Below, in pieces: positions 10,163 to 20,000 of a DNA stretch of 20,000 nt (position 1 is the first letter of the stretch; every line of letters starts with the position of its first letter). The stretch lies in NCBI RefSeq assembly GCF_000281045.1, contig NW_008246091.1:471771-491770 (forward strand), given 5' to 3'. The stretch comes from Saprolegnia diclina VS20. Lineage: Eukaryota. Both the position numbers and the translations under genes were made by a program. The notes under the pieces are model-generated. The model searched no databases and was not told where the DNA came from. It worked only from the letters and a program-made list of their open reading frames with translations.

Positions 10163-10598
10163 GACCCGAAGACGACTCAACCATGTACATACAATGTGTG
10201 CTGCGAGTATGGTGAGGTCAGGTCGATGCAGTGTCGACGATCGCTGCTGTCGAAAGTGAAAAGATTGTTTGGCGGCCAAGGGCGCCCACAAGACAAGAGT
10301 TTGGGCGGTGGAGTCGCTGCAGTAAACCAAGGTTGTCATAGTAATATCATTGACACGAGGTGACGGCGAGGCATGAACTATGGTCCTGGGGTGGGCAAGA
10401 TGGAAATGCTGGGTTCTTTTAGCCACGGCTATATTGAAACAAGCCTTGGCACCTTTCTGGACGCGCCAGAAAACTGTGCTGGACGTTTCTCAGTCTATAC
10501 CCACGCAGATTTCATGTCTGAAATCAACCTTCTTCATCCTGCGGGAGGCGGAAAATGGCGTGGCTGTAGACTACGTAGCTTGGATTGCGTATCTTGCG

Positions 10599-13326
10599 AT
10601 GGACGACGACGAGAGCCGAGAGGTGTTGGAGCTTTTGCAGAGGAAGGACCGCGAGATCCACGCGCTCACCGACGCCAAGGCGCGCCTCGAGGAGAAGGTC
10701 GACGCCATGCGCTGGGACCTCGAGCTCGCGCAGGGCGGCTTGGACTACAGCGCGGCCTTCAACACGCAGCTGCTCGCGTTTGAGGCGCAGCTTCAGGATC
10801 TGCGCACCAAGACGGACCTGGCGCTGCAGCCACGCCAGATCGCACCAGACACGCGGCAAGCCATGGCGCTCGAGCAGCGGCTGCAGCGAGGCGAGACCAC
10901 GGACTCGCTCTTGCACCAGCGCCTCCACAGCATGTTCCAAGCCAACTGCGAGCTCATCCAGCGCTTCTCGCGGCCGTCTTGCCGTGAGGTATGACCACCG
11001 CCTTGTGCTCCTTTTACGACCACCACGCTCGCTCATGGTGCGTAGGTCGCCGTGCAAACAGCCGGCCACCAACGCGATCGCTTTGTTGCGACGGAGGCTA
11101 CGTGCTGCGACTGCGCGACGCAGCTGCAGCAAGCGACCGACGAGTTGCGGGGTCTCCGCGCCGCTGCGCTTCTTTCGCAGCTCGCTGCACCTGGCGCGCG
11201 CAAGGCGCGTTCCTCGTACGTGCACCCTGCACCAGACGATCTATTGACAGTATCACTGCGCTGTGACGATGCCACGTCACGCCCAACGGCCGAAGTTGAG
11301 GCCGAGCTCGACCGACTTCGAGAGTCGGTCGCGCGCTACACCACAGAGCTAAAAACGCGCACCGAGGAGCTGCAGAACGTCCGCGCCGATGTCATCATAG
11401 TGCGTCCTCCTTTGCGATCAACAAGTTACCGTCATGATCTAGGCAGCCAAGCTTCACCAACACCGTGAGAATGCGCTACGCATGACGCTGGCGGACGTGG
11501 AAGCGCAGCTTGTCGCATCGCGTGCGCAGTGCGAGGACGCCGAGCGTGCCAAGCTCGAGATCATTCACCAAGCGACGCAGCTCGTCCAGGCGGCCGAGGC
11601 CGAGACCGGCACGGCGCTCAACAGCCTCGATGCGTTCAACCAGATGCAACTGCGCCCGTGGATCGACGTGGCACATGGCGACCGGACCGCCAAGTACACA
11701 CTGCAGACTACGCTGGCGGCCGCCAACGACAAGATTGTCGAGCTACAAGCCGACGTGGCGCTCGAGATGGCAGCGGCGCGGGAGCTGCGGGCGGATGCAG
11801 AGGTGTATGCAACGCAAGCGGTCGAGTGGAGTGCGCTGAGCGACGCGTACGAGCACGTCCAAGCCGAGCTCCAGGCGCGCGTCCGAAGCCTCTCGACTGC
11901 GCTCGCCCAGGCCCTGTCCTCGCGCGACGCGTCCGTCGACTGGGCAGCCTTGGTCCCACAGTTGCTGGCGCAGCCGTCGCCCGCGCCGCAGTGTACGAGG
12001 CGACCGCCATTCGAATGCTTTCATAAACTTCGCAAGGTTAGATCCCCCCAAGGAGGTGCTGGGACCCGACAGGGCGCACGTCTGCTCGTGGCAGCGCCAA
12101 GCGGCGACATGGCGTCAAACGCTGCACAGTAGAGAGCTGGCCCTACAGGCGCTGCAGGTACCTTCCAATGTGCCGCCACCACCACGATAAGGTGGCCATG
12201 TAGGACCAGCTGCATCAACAGGCGGCCAACAGCAGTGCGCTCGACGCCAGCAAAGCAGCCAACAGCGCCTTGCGCAAGAAGGCAGCGACGGCCAAAGCCG
12301 AGGTCGAGACGCTCAAGGCGGCCGCCGAGACGGCCAAGTCCAAGACGACAGCGCTGCAGCGAGAAAAGGCCGAGCTGAATCATATGGTCTCACGGCTGCG
12401 GGAAGAGAATGCCAAGCTTCGCGACAGCGCGCAGCGCAAGTCGGAGCTCGTCACGTTCTACAAAAGCGCAGCGGAAAAGGCAAAGCATCAACACGACGTC
12501 GCCCGCCCACCCCCGGCCTCGAACCAGGCGCCAACGGCCGCCAAAACCGCGCTCATCAAGCACGTACGACGTGTCTTGTTGAATCGAGTAGTGCACCGGT
12601 TGTATGGTAGCTTCAAGAGCAGCTTGCGGTGCGCACGAAGGACGCCGCCGCCACCAACGACGTACTGCAAAAGGCGCAAGCCCACAACCACGTTCTTTCG
12701 AGTCGGTGCGGACGCCTCCAGATGGCGCTACGTGACAAGATGTCGTCACAACACCGACAAGACGAGGACGACGATAAAGACACGGGCGGAGACGACGCGA
12801 CAAGCGGTATCCAGGCGCAGCTTCGCGAGTGCAAGCGACGCCTGCAGCAGAAGCAGAGCATTCTGGACGGCTTCAAGGCCAAAGACGCGGCGCAGAAGGA
12901 CATGCTTGCGACGTGCACGAGGCAACTCGACCAGCTGCGCGCGCAGCTGCAGAGCCACTCGACCGGTACAACGCCACCCTCGACGATGTGTAAGTCCGAA
13001 TGGTGGTAGACGCGGCCAACCTAGCGGCTCTTCTCGCGCAGTTCGACGGACTCCGCGCCAGTGTATATGACGCGGTACATAGCGCGTTCGCCTTCCGATC
13101 GAAAAAAGGGGACGACGTCGACGGCGTGTCGGTCTCGGACCTGCGCGCTGTCGGGTGCACCGCCTTGGACGAGACAGAGATTACGCTTTTGCGTAGCGAT
13201 AACATCCAGCAGCAGGTGCTAAGCGGACTCGAACTCGCGCTCGAAGTGTCGCCAGAGGACTGTCGGCGCGCGCTCCTCGACGCGCTCTTGGAGCTCCGCC
13301 ATGCTGGATCGGCCGGTAAATTTTGA
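10599..13326 (+). CDS. Long multi-exon coiled-coil protein, possibly centlein-like centrosomal protein
   Basis: Starts MDDDESREVLELLQRKDREIHAL. Heptad-rich segments in ORFs 10380, 11052, 11482, 12270, 12629 and 13000 can be joined by short GT-AG introns (e.g. after CRE at about 10989, DVII at about 11400, ALQ at about 12158, LIKH at about 12564, HST at about 12966), ending at stop 13326. The centlein resemblance is an inference. Confidence 0.7.
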
Positions 13327-13372
13327 GGGTTGAGAGGCCTCTGCCCTAATCTCTACCATTCACTGCAATACG

Positions 13373-13437
13373 ATTGGTTAAAATGTGCCAATCATCGTGC
13401 CGTTTCACGTTTCCCGCGGTGTGATTGGCTGCATTGG
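13373..13437. promoter_or_regulatory. Cluster of four CCAAT/ATTGG boxes upstream of the 13557 gene
   Basis: ATTGG at 13373, CCAAT at 13388, ATTGG at 13424 and ATTGG at 13433. An Inr-like TTCATTTC lies at about 13533. Confidence 0.5.
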
Positions 13438-13556
13438 ACTTGAAGGTCGGTTGCGGTTGATGACCATCTTGGCGCTGGGACGATGGTGGCCAGCTGGCGC
13501 TCGTGTCCCGTAGCGCCTGCTGCTATCGGGATTTCATTTCTCGTCTGGTGAAAGTG

Positions 13557-14769
13557 ATGCAGCGCCGCGAAGAGCCCACGACGACGACGATGACCGAGGT
13601 ACGACGGCCTTGACGCCAGCAGCTAACTCACTGCACGCGCCATAGCCTGTGACGCCGTCTGGTCTCTTCTCCAAGCTGCCGTCGGCTTTCTGGGCGCGCA
13701 AACTCAAGGCCGACGATAATGGCAAGGGTTCTATGGGTGACGACATGCCACTCTCGCCCGCCAGTACGTTCCTCGACCACTCACAAAGCCACCAAGGATG
13801 ACATTATTGTCTACTGTAGTGAGCACGACGTCCGAGTCGTCGTCGGCGGCGTCGTTCGACTCGACCGCTGCGACCCGCGTCCACGCCATGGACGACTTTG
13901 CCGCCTTGGTGATGGACAACAACCATTTGGACCCGATGGCGGCGGCGGATCTCGAGACGATCGCTCGGCTCGCCAAGCAAAACGAGTTCTTAACGCAGCT
14001 GCTGCGCAAGGTGACGGCCAAGGTGTCGTCGAATCGCCACGACATGACGGTGCAGCACCACCGCATCCAGGACCTCGAGCGCGCGCTCGCCATTGCGACG
14101 CAAGCGCCGCCGACGCACGAGATCTCGTGCCAAACGGACCTGGACATGGAGAGCTTGGACCAGCTCAACGCGAACCGGGAAGCCAACGAAGCCATGGCGT
14201 GGCAGCTCAAGATCGCCAACGCCAAGGTCACGTCGCTCAGCAAGTGTCTGCAGACCGAGCGCGCCGACCACGACGCCAAGATGGCCGACCAAGCGCGCAT
14301 CATCTTCCAGCTCGAGCAGCAGCTCAACCAGTTTGCCAGCGCGCCCATGCCGCCACCGTCGTCCAAGGCGATCGTGCTTCACACAAACGCTCGCAGTAAT
14401 CACGCGAGTGTGGCAGTCATCCCCGCCGACAGCGTCGGGTACATCCAGGAACTCCACAGCATTCTGGCCACGTTCCTGCGGCAAACCATCGGCGTCGACA
14501 TCATGTCCTTCTCGACCAAAGCCGGGCTCATGGACCTCGGCATGCTCAAGGCCCACCTCAAGTCGACGACCTTTGCCTCGCGGCAGTCGACGCCGCCGCC
14601 GCCGCCGAGCCAGAAGCACCTTGTCGAGCTCGATAGCATTCAGGACCGCGTCCTTGCGCGCATGGAGGCCGCGCGGGTCTTCCTCGCCACGTTTGCGTCG
14701 TCGCCAATGGCGGCCGAAGACAACTACGATCTCTTTGGCGAAGCGTCGGCGTCGTCGACCACGTCCTAA
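13557..14769 (+). CDS. Hypothetical coiled-coil protein, about 369 aa, 3 exons
   Basis: Exons 13557-13598 (MQRREEPTTTTMTE), 13646-13763 and 13820-14769 are phase-consistent across GTACG..TAG introns. Strong GC3 bias and a central coiled coil (ARLAKQNEFLTQLL..QLEQQLNQF). Confidence 0.75.
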
Positions 14770-15110
14770 GTCGCGTGTCCCACGGTAGTCTTAATTATTT
14801 TCAATTTTTTTCGTCGGTACCTTGGTGTTCAAATATTGTCTTTCGTTATACTAGACCATGTGTCGCGGAGAGACGACGTACGGATGTCCCGACTAGCGTT
14901 AAATGATTCGTACATGGCTTTGGGCAGCCGCCATCCTTCTCAGTAGAGCTATGACGCTTGGCACATATAGGCTATTCCTTGCAGGACGAGGTGGGCTGTT
15001 CGATGGCCGATCGACTCGAGTAAACCGAAAGTAACCCTACCCCTCGTTGGTCCACGCGACTCTAAATGCACGTACCACGACCATAACTAACATATGAATT
15101 CAAAGTGAGT

Positions 15111-15680
15111 TTACATAGTCTCTTGGTTGTCGACGAGGTCGGCGAATTGCGCTAGCGTTGACGCGCACACGTCACAGAGACGCTGTGGTGCCGTCGCTGG
15201 AGTCGCGAGGCACGCCTTGTGCTGGCTGTGGGTCGCACAGACGCTGAGCCCGCAGTTGCGGCAGTGGTGCCGCCGGCGCGCCGGCGTAAACGCTGCAAAA
15301 CAGAGACCGCACTTGACGTCTTCTAGCCACCGCGGCGGGAGCGACCGACACCGATGCACCGTGGTCGTTGTCGACTTGGTCTCCTCGGGACATGCCGCAA
15401 CAAGCACGTTCAGAACGTGCTGCCGGCACATTCGCCGTGTCGCGAGCGCCAAGGGCGTGTCGCCGCTCGGCGTGGCGACGGCCGCCGCGTCCGGGAAGAC
15501 GTTGAGCATCGTGACAATAATGTACGCGGGCACATCGCGGTCGAGACAGGCCCAGTGGAGCAGTGTCAAGCCGCTCCCGTCACAGCGCAGCGGCGACGGC
15601 GTCGGCAGCTCGGTGAGCGCGGCGAGCAGCCGCGGCCAGTCGGCGTGGCCGACCAAGTGCAAGAGCGCTGGCAGCTGCAT
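15111..15680 (-). CDS. Ankyrin-repeat plus FYVE zinc finger protein, 189 aa
   Basis: Ankyrin-like GLTLLHWAC and GDTPLALA. FYVE signature WLED..CGLC..F....RRHHCRNCG..VC..HS..QRLCDVC. Confidence 0.88.
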   Translation of the reverse strand: MQLPALLHLVGHADWPRLLAALTELPTPSPLRCDGSGLTLLHWACLDRDVPAYIIVTMLNVFPDAAAVATPSGDTPLALATRRMCRQHVLNVLVAACPEETKSTTTTVHRCRSLPPRWLEDVKCGLCFAAFTPARRRHHCRNCGLSVCATHSQHKACLATPATAPQRLCDVCASTLAQFADLVDNQETM

Positions 15681-15748
15681 TTGATGCGGTTTATTGCGAC
15701 AGAAAAAACTATTTTAAACTTATTCCTGAGACATGTGCGCTGCGACGA

Positions 15749-18700
15749 CTAGGTATACACTTGATCTTCCTCGACTTGCGACCGCCACCCGGACGCAAAG
15801 CCTTTCGTGCCGTCCGGGCCCTTGGCGGTCCGGGCCGTCGCCTCCTTGAGCTGTCGGCGCAGGCTCGAGTTGACTGTCACCTTGCGATCGGGCGCTGCGC
15901 TCTGCATCCCGTGTTTGTGACATCAGATGGCGATCGACAATATTGTACATACCTCGAGGCGGACAATGCTTGTCGCGTGCAGCGCGTCACCAATGTGGTT
16001 GGTCGAAAACTCGACCTTGTCCCCGACGCTGAGGAAGCGGCCGCTGCTGCCCAGCACCTGCTTGCTCACAAACGCTGCGGGCGTCTCGTCACCGTCGACT
16101 TGGATCGAGCCGGCGCCCGACTCGTCGACGGCCGACACGACGCCCGTCTTGGCGTTGGACGCGACAAGGGCCACCTCGGTCGCGGCCTTGCCCGAGCCCT
16201 TGACGACGCAGCGCACGCGGTCGCCAGCACGCAGCACCACATGCTTGTCGACCTGATCTTCCAAGTGAAACGAGAGCAAGAGCGTCGGCGCCTCTTCGTC
16301 GTCCGTCGCGGCCGCAACCTCGGCCTCGGGCACGACGCGCAGCTTGCCGGCCGTCGATTTTTTCACATCGCGCGCCTTGGGGCGCAAGCTCACGCGCTCG
16401 ACGACCGCCTCGTACGCCACGACCTGCTTGGGCGGGAGCGACCCCGGAGGCAGCACGCGGATCTGCGTGGCCTTTGTCTTCTTGTCGGCGGCCGGCTTGA
16501 GCACGTACTCGACTTCGTCGCCGACCTTGATCTTGGCCTTCTCGCCGACATCGCGGAAGTGGAAAAATACAGAGTCGGACGACGTCGTCGGCTCGAGAAA
16601 GCCGTACTGTCCGTCCGCCTTGATGGCCGTGACCCAGCCCTGCGAGAGCGGCGCGTCCGAGTGCAGCAGCACGAGGTCCTTGGCGAGCACAAGGTGGCCG
16701 CCCTTCTTGGTCGCAACGACGTTGCAGCGCACAGTGTCGCCGACGCTCGGCTCGTACCGCACGTCCTTGTGGGCGTCGTTGGCAAACACGACCGTGCGCT
16801 CGCACGGCGTCGTGATCGCCCAGTCACTGACGCGGGCCGCGTCACGGGCCTGCGTCAGCGTCGCCGTGTTGCGCTCTTCAGCGTATGCCAGCCCAAAGTA
16901 GGCAGCAAACGCTGCGAGCGCAAGGCGTTGCGACGCGTGGAGCTGCTTGAGCGTCACGCTTTGGTCGACGTCACTCACCGACTGGTCAAGGCCAGCAAGC
17001 ACCGCGGCCTTGAGCTCCGGGTACGCGGCCAACGGGCAGCTCACGGCCGTGTACGAGAGCTTGCCGTACTTGGCTTCTCCTGACGGCTTGTCGCCGCTGT
17101 GGTCCTTGAACGCCGGACGACCGGGCACCGCGAGGATGACTGCATTGGCGATGTTGTCGTCGAGCGGCGTCTCCCACTGGATCGTATTTTTTGGCAGCAG
17201 CTGGATCCGGGTCGCGCGGATACCGTCCTTCGCCTTGGTGGGCTCGATCACATCGAACGATACTTCAGCGTGCATGCGCAGCGTGAGGTGGTACGTCGAC
17301 TGCAGCACGTCCGAGAAGCGGAAGTACGCGTCGCCCGGTCGGTCCACGCACCTAAGGACAACTTGTCCATCAAAAATGATGAAAAAATGAAAAAAATACA
17401 GACTTGAGGAAGCCAAAGTCGTCCTTCATGGCCGTCACGACGCCGCATTCCCGCCCGATTGGGTTCAGGAGCACGCTGCGGACGTTGACGGCGATCTTCT
17501 CGCCGCGGCGGAGGTCGTGCAGCACGTCAAAGAGCACTTCGTCGCCTTCTTTCGGGGTGTAGTTGGCGTCAAACTCCGAGCCGTCGACAGCGTACTCGGC
17601 CGGCGTCTCGGCGTCGGTCACAGCGATCTTGCCACGCGCCGAGGGCTTGGCCTTGGCAAACTGCCGAGATGGCTCGGTGGGCTTGACCACGATCTTGCCG
17701 TGCACGCTGGACGCCATGATTTCTTCAAAGAGCACCGAGCCTTCCGGCAGCGCCTCGAGCTTGAGCGCAGTCACCTTGGCGTTGCCACGGTCTTCGGCCT
17801 GGAGGTGCTCGGGCAAGATGAAGAACGAGACCTCCGTCTTCTCCTTGATGGTAGCGCCCATGCTCTTGTGGTCGTACGCGAAGAAGGCATCTTGGAGGCG
17901 CGAGAGGCACTTGATGTAGCCCGATGAGCCTTTGATCGACGAGACGATGCCGGTCTCGCGCTCAAGGTCGACGAGCGCCGCGTCGATGGCCGCCGCCCGC
18001 TTCTTGCTCGCCGAGCACGTGACGTGGAGGTCCACTGCGCGCTTCGTGCCGAGCTGCTTGTGCACGGCCACGCGGAACGCCACGTCGTCACCGACACGCG
18101 GAATCACCTTCTTGCCGTCGTCGGCCGCGACCGAGTCGAGGTTGAAGCGGACGTAGTGGCGCTTGAGCGGCTTGGGGGCGTCGTCCGTCGCCTCGGTCGC
18201 CACCGGCGTGAGCTCGATCGTACCCATGACTTCGGGCGTCGGGCGGTCGCCAAGCCGGCCCTTGGCGTGCTTGGGCGGCAAGGTACCTTTGGTCACGACC
18301 CCGGTTTCAACGATGTCGCCAATGTCTTCGGTCACGATCGTGCCCTTGGGCAGCCGCGTCATGTGCGTAGCGCTCTCCTTGCCGTTGCGGCGGTTGATGG
18401 TCAACTCAAACGAGAGCTCGTCGCCGACCTACGATGTGCTGCATGAGCGCGCGAGTGGAAGAGATGCATGCGATGTATCGTACCTGGACGTGCGGAAGGG
18501 ACGCGGCGGCGTCGTCGGTCGCAGGGCGCGAGGGCACCTCGCTCTCGTGGAAGAAGACGTCTTGGTCGAGGTCGAGCGAGTGGAGAAAGCCAAACCCGCC
18601 GTCTTCCTTGAGCGTCATGACAATGCCTTCGTAGCGAGGCGCGGCCGGCGCCCGTCGGAACGAGCGGCTGTCGCTGTCTGCGCGGCTGCCGTACCGGTCG

Positions 18701-19161
18701 CTGCCACGATCAAGGTTGCGGTCGCCGCCACGGTCAAAGCCACGATCGTAGCCACGGTCACCGCCACGGTCGTAGCCGCGGTCACCGCCACGGTCGTAGC
18801 CACGATCGCCGCCGTAGCCGCGGTCACCGCCGCGGTCACTGCGGTCGTAGCCCCGGTCGTTGCCACGGTTGTATCCCCGGTCGCTGCTGTTGCGGTCAAA
18901 GCCGCGATCGCTTCCACGGTCACTGCCCTGGCGATCAAAGCGCCCGGCCTCTTGGCGCGGCGCGCGGGCGTCTTGTTGCTGGTGCGGCTCGGCTTTTTGC
19001 TCTTGCGCCGGCGTCGTCGTCGCCTGCGCGCGCGACGCCCAATAGTTGGTCGCTGCTGCCGGGGCGCGCGTGGCAGGCGCCGGCGTCGTGCGCAGGAGGC
19101 CGTCGTCGCCCTCTTCGTCCGATGCGTCGGCCCAATCGCCCTTCTGCGGCTCGCGGAACAT
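15749..19161 (-). CDS. CSDE1: CSDE1/UNR-like multi-cold-shock-domain RNA-binding protein, about 1084 aa, 4 exons
   Basis: Repeated cold-shock RNP motifs (GFGFL..DVFFHESE; GYIKC..DAFF; DDFGFLKC..DAYFRFSD; YGFLE..VFFHFRD..VGDEVEY). The last exon 15901-15749 ends with a SUZ-C motif (RTAKGPDGTKGF). Exons are 19161-18484, 18428-17404, 17351-15953 and 15901-15749. Confidence 0.85.
18680..18945 (-). repeat. Coding 12-bp tandem repeat encoding DRG[GYFS] units
   Basis: Translates as FDRQGSDRGSDRGFDRNSSDRGYNRGNDRGYDRSDRGGDRGYGGDRGYDRGGDRGYDRGGDRGYDRGFDRGGDRNLDRGSDRYG. Confidence 0.85.
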
Positions 19162-19721
19162 GATCTTGCTTCTTGCTCGGCCGATGACCACGTAAAATGC
19201 AATGCCAAGCCCCTCGCTCTTTCTTATCCGGATGCAATCCGGACGCGTGTTGAAGTTGCAAGATCGACCGGCCAAGCGCCCAACGTGGCGGTCACAGCTG
19301 CGAGCGAGTCGGCCAGTAGCAGCTTCGCCAAGGCAATCAGTAGGCCGCCGAGCGCGCCGCCGTCGACGGTCGCTCGGCCACGAGACAGAAACACGTGCAG
19401 CGTCTTGGGCCACCATCTAAAAAGCCGCTTGTTCCGTGCGCCGGTGGAACGAGCAGCAGCACGTCGCTGCGCATAGACGTCGAAGCCCCTTCCCGCTGCT
19501 GCGCTCGCGATCACGCGCAAATCCGGCACGCGGCTCGCCGCGCCGTGGAGCCTTCGCTTGCCGCCATGCCCGCCGCGCCGATCCTTGGTGTGCCCGCTAC
19601 CTCATTCTCCACTCAATCCTGAGCCCCGACCAAGCGCCCTCAGCTTGACGTACCGGCCAAACCTCATGCGTCGCATTAGGAAGTCCACCACCTTCACAAT
19701 ATAATTGCATGTTAACAACTC

Positions 19722-19899
19722 ATATTTCAACAACGTCGCGACAATAATGTTCCAACAACGTCACAACAACGTCGCGACAGTGTCGTAACAGCGGTCGCGA
19801 CAATAGTATTACAACAACATCGTAACAATGTTACGACAGAACATCGCGACGTCTCCGCGGCCTAATACAAGCAACCAAGCCGAGCTGCTGCACTTGTCC
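19722..19899 (-). repeat. Right, inverted copy of the element: 11-bp unit array plus 60-bp core
   Basis: About 11 units such as ACGTCGCGACA, ACGTCACAACA, GTGTCGTAACA and ATGTTACGACA (19722-19851, with small insertions). The core 19840-19899 is the reverse complement of 191-250. Confidence 0.9.
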
Positions 19900-20000
19900 C
19901 ACTACGGCAACCCGCTCATGTCCTCCCGCGGTGCGGCGATTCTGTGTACCGTGTTGCGTTGAAAGCTGTGGCGGTCCAGTCCAGCTTTCACTTCCTCGGC

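Noticed and set aside
10373..10598. Upstream in-frame extensions of the coiled-coil gene (ORFs 10373 and 10380)
   Set aside because: Lower GC and no coding bias before ATG 10599, so probably promoter or UTR. A short upstream exon cannot be excluded.
15761..19476. Plus-strand ORFs of 440 aa and 437 aa, including an A/T/V-rich mucin-like repeat
   Set aside because: Antisense to the CSDE1-like gene. The ATV repeat is the reverse complement of the DRG repeat.

Overview
Eukaryotic, GC-rich, gene-dense DNA with very short GT-AG introns (about 42-55 bp). This fits an oomycete, probably a Saprolegniales water mould (inference from intron size, codon bias and an Inr/FPR-like promoter motif). Genes in order: a degraded MCM7-like fragment (+); mitochondrial short-chain acyl-CoA dehydrogenase (-); a roughly 12-exon coiled-coil gene invisible to the ORF track, CSPP1/CCDC66-like (-); a six-bromodomain protein (+); UNC-50 (+); a long coiled-coil, possibly centlein-like gene (+); a hypothetical coiled-coil gene (+); a small ankyrin-FYVE gene (-); and a CSDE1/UNR-like multi-cold-shock protein with a DRGY/DRGG repeat and SUZ-C tail (-). 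The most striking non-coding signal is that the gene block is bracketed by two inverted copies of one element. Each copy has a 60-bp core (191-250 vs 19840-19899, 55/60 identical) and an inward-facing array of 11-bp palindromic units (TGTYRYRACRY). The left copy abuts the MCM7 fragment, which ends at a 12-bp perfect inverted repeat. All gene models were built by hand and need RNA-seq confirmation.
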